Part shown: one piece after another, positions 63,670-64,000 of the stretch
Position numbering within the stretch: position 1 is the first letter of the stretch
Layout of the letters: every line of letters starts with the position of its first letter
Source: Ascidiella aspersa
Taxonomy: Eukaryota
Direction: 5' to 3'
Length of the DNA: 64,000 nucleotides
NCBI GenBank assembly: GCA_963924565.1
Contig: OZ004608.1
Coordinates: forward strand, 29,574,001-29,638,000
Notes under the pieces: generated by a model
Seen by the model: the letters and a program-made list of their open reading frames with translations, nothing else
What the model was told of the DNA's origin: nothing
Databases searched by the model: none
Position numbers and translations under genes: made by a program

Positions 63670-64000
63670 TGCATTAAAACTCAAACTTTTCGTTGCCTCA
63701 AAATGTTTTCTATGCTTGGTTGGAAACTGTATTTTACGCCTCTCTTTTGTTCAAAAGCTAATGAGCAAAACAATTTTGTTTTGGTCTAAAGTACTGATGT
63801 CAGTGTGACGACGCTTGTCAGCTGTTTTTGTTGTTGCAACCGCGGCGCACATTCATCCGTGAAATTCGTATATTTAGAAAATCGCAATGCGAACATTTCG
63901 TGTGGGCAGGAAGCACGTTGTTGTAAAGCGACAACGTCAATGTTGCGTGGGTCGGACACTTTTGCAGGCCCCGACAACAAGCCTGCTGCAAAGCACAAAA

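Overview
This is intron-rich animal genomic DNA. An invertebrate chordate such as an ascidian is my inference from protein similarity, composition and repeat style, not something the sequence proves. Three spliced genes can be rebuilt exon by exon with GT-AG sites and consistent phases. (1) The 5' part of an ELKS/ERC (CAST/RAB6IP2) active-zone coiled-coil gene on the minus strand: 11 coding exons at 35965 to 2181, 497 codons, continuing off the left edge. (2) A complete 10-exon class-A GPCR of the GPR84/Tre1/Moody-like type (~662 aa, ~350-aa third intracellular loop), nested antisense inside the first coding intron of ELKS. (3) A complete 18-exon neutral ceramidase (ASAH2-like, 736 aa) on the minus strand at 63669 to 42235. 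The introns hold hAT-type and palindromic MITEs, a tRNA-derived SINE-like head and several minisatellites. The most interesting signals are the nested GPCR with altered microswitches, a sharply bounded CpG-depleted domain (~26.6-38.1 kb) around it, and two independent splice-site duplications that create frame-compatible candidate microexons. Most ORFs in the supplied track are intronic or antisense noise. I see no CRISPR array, rRNA or prokaryote-type system.
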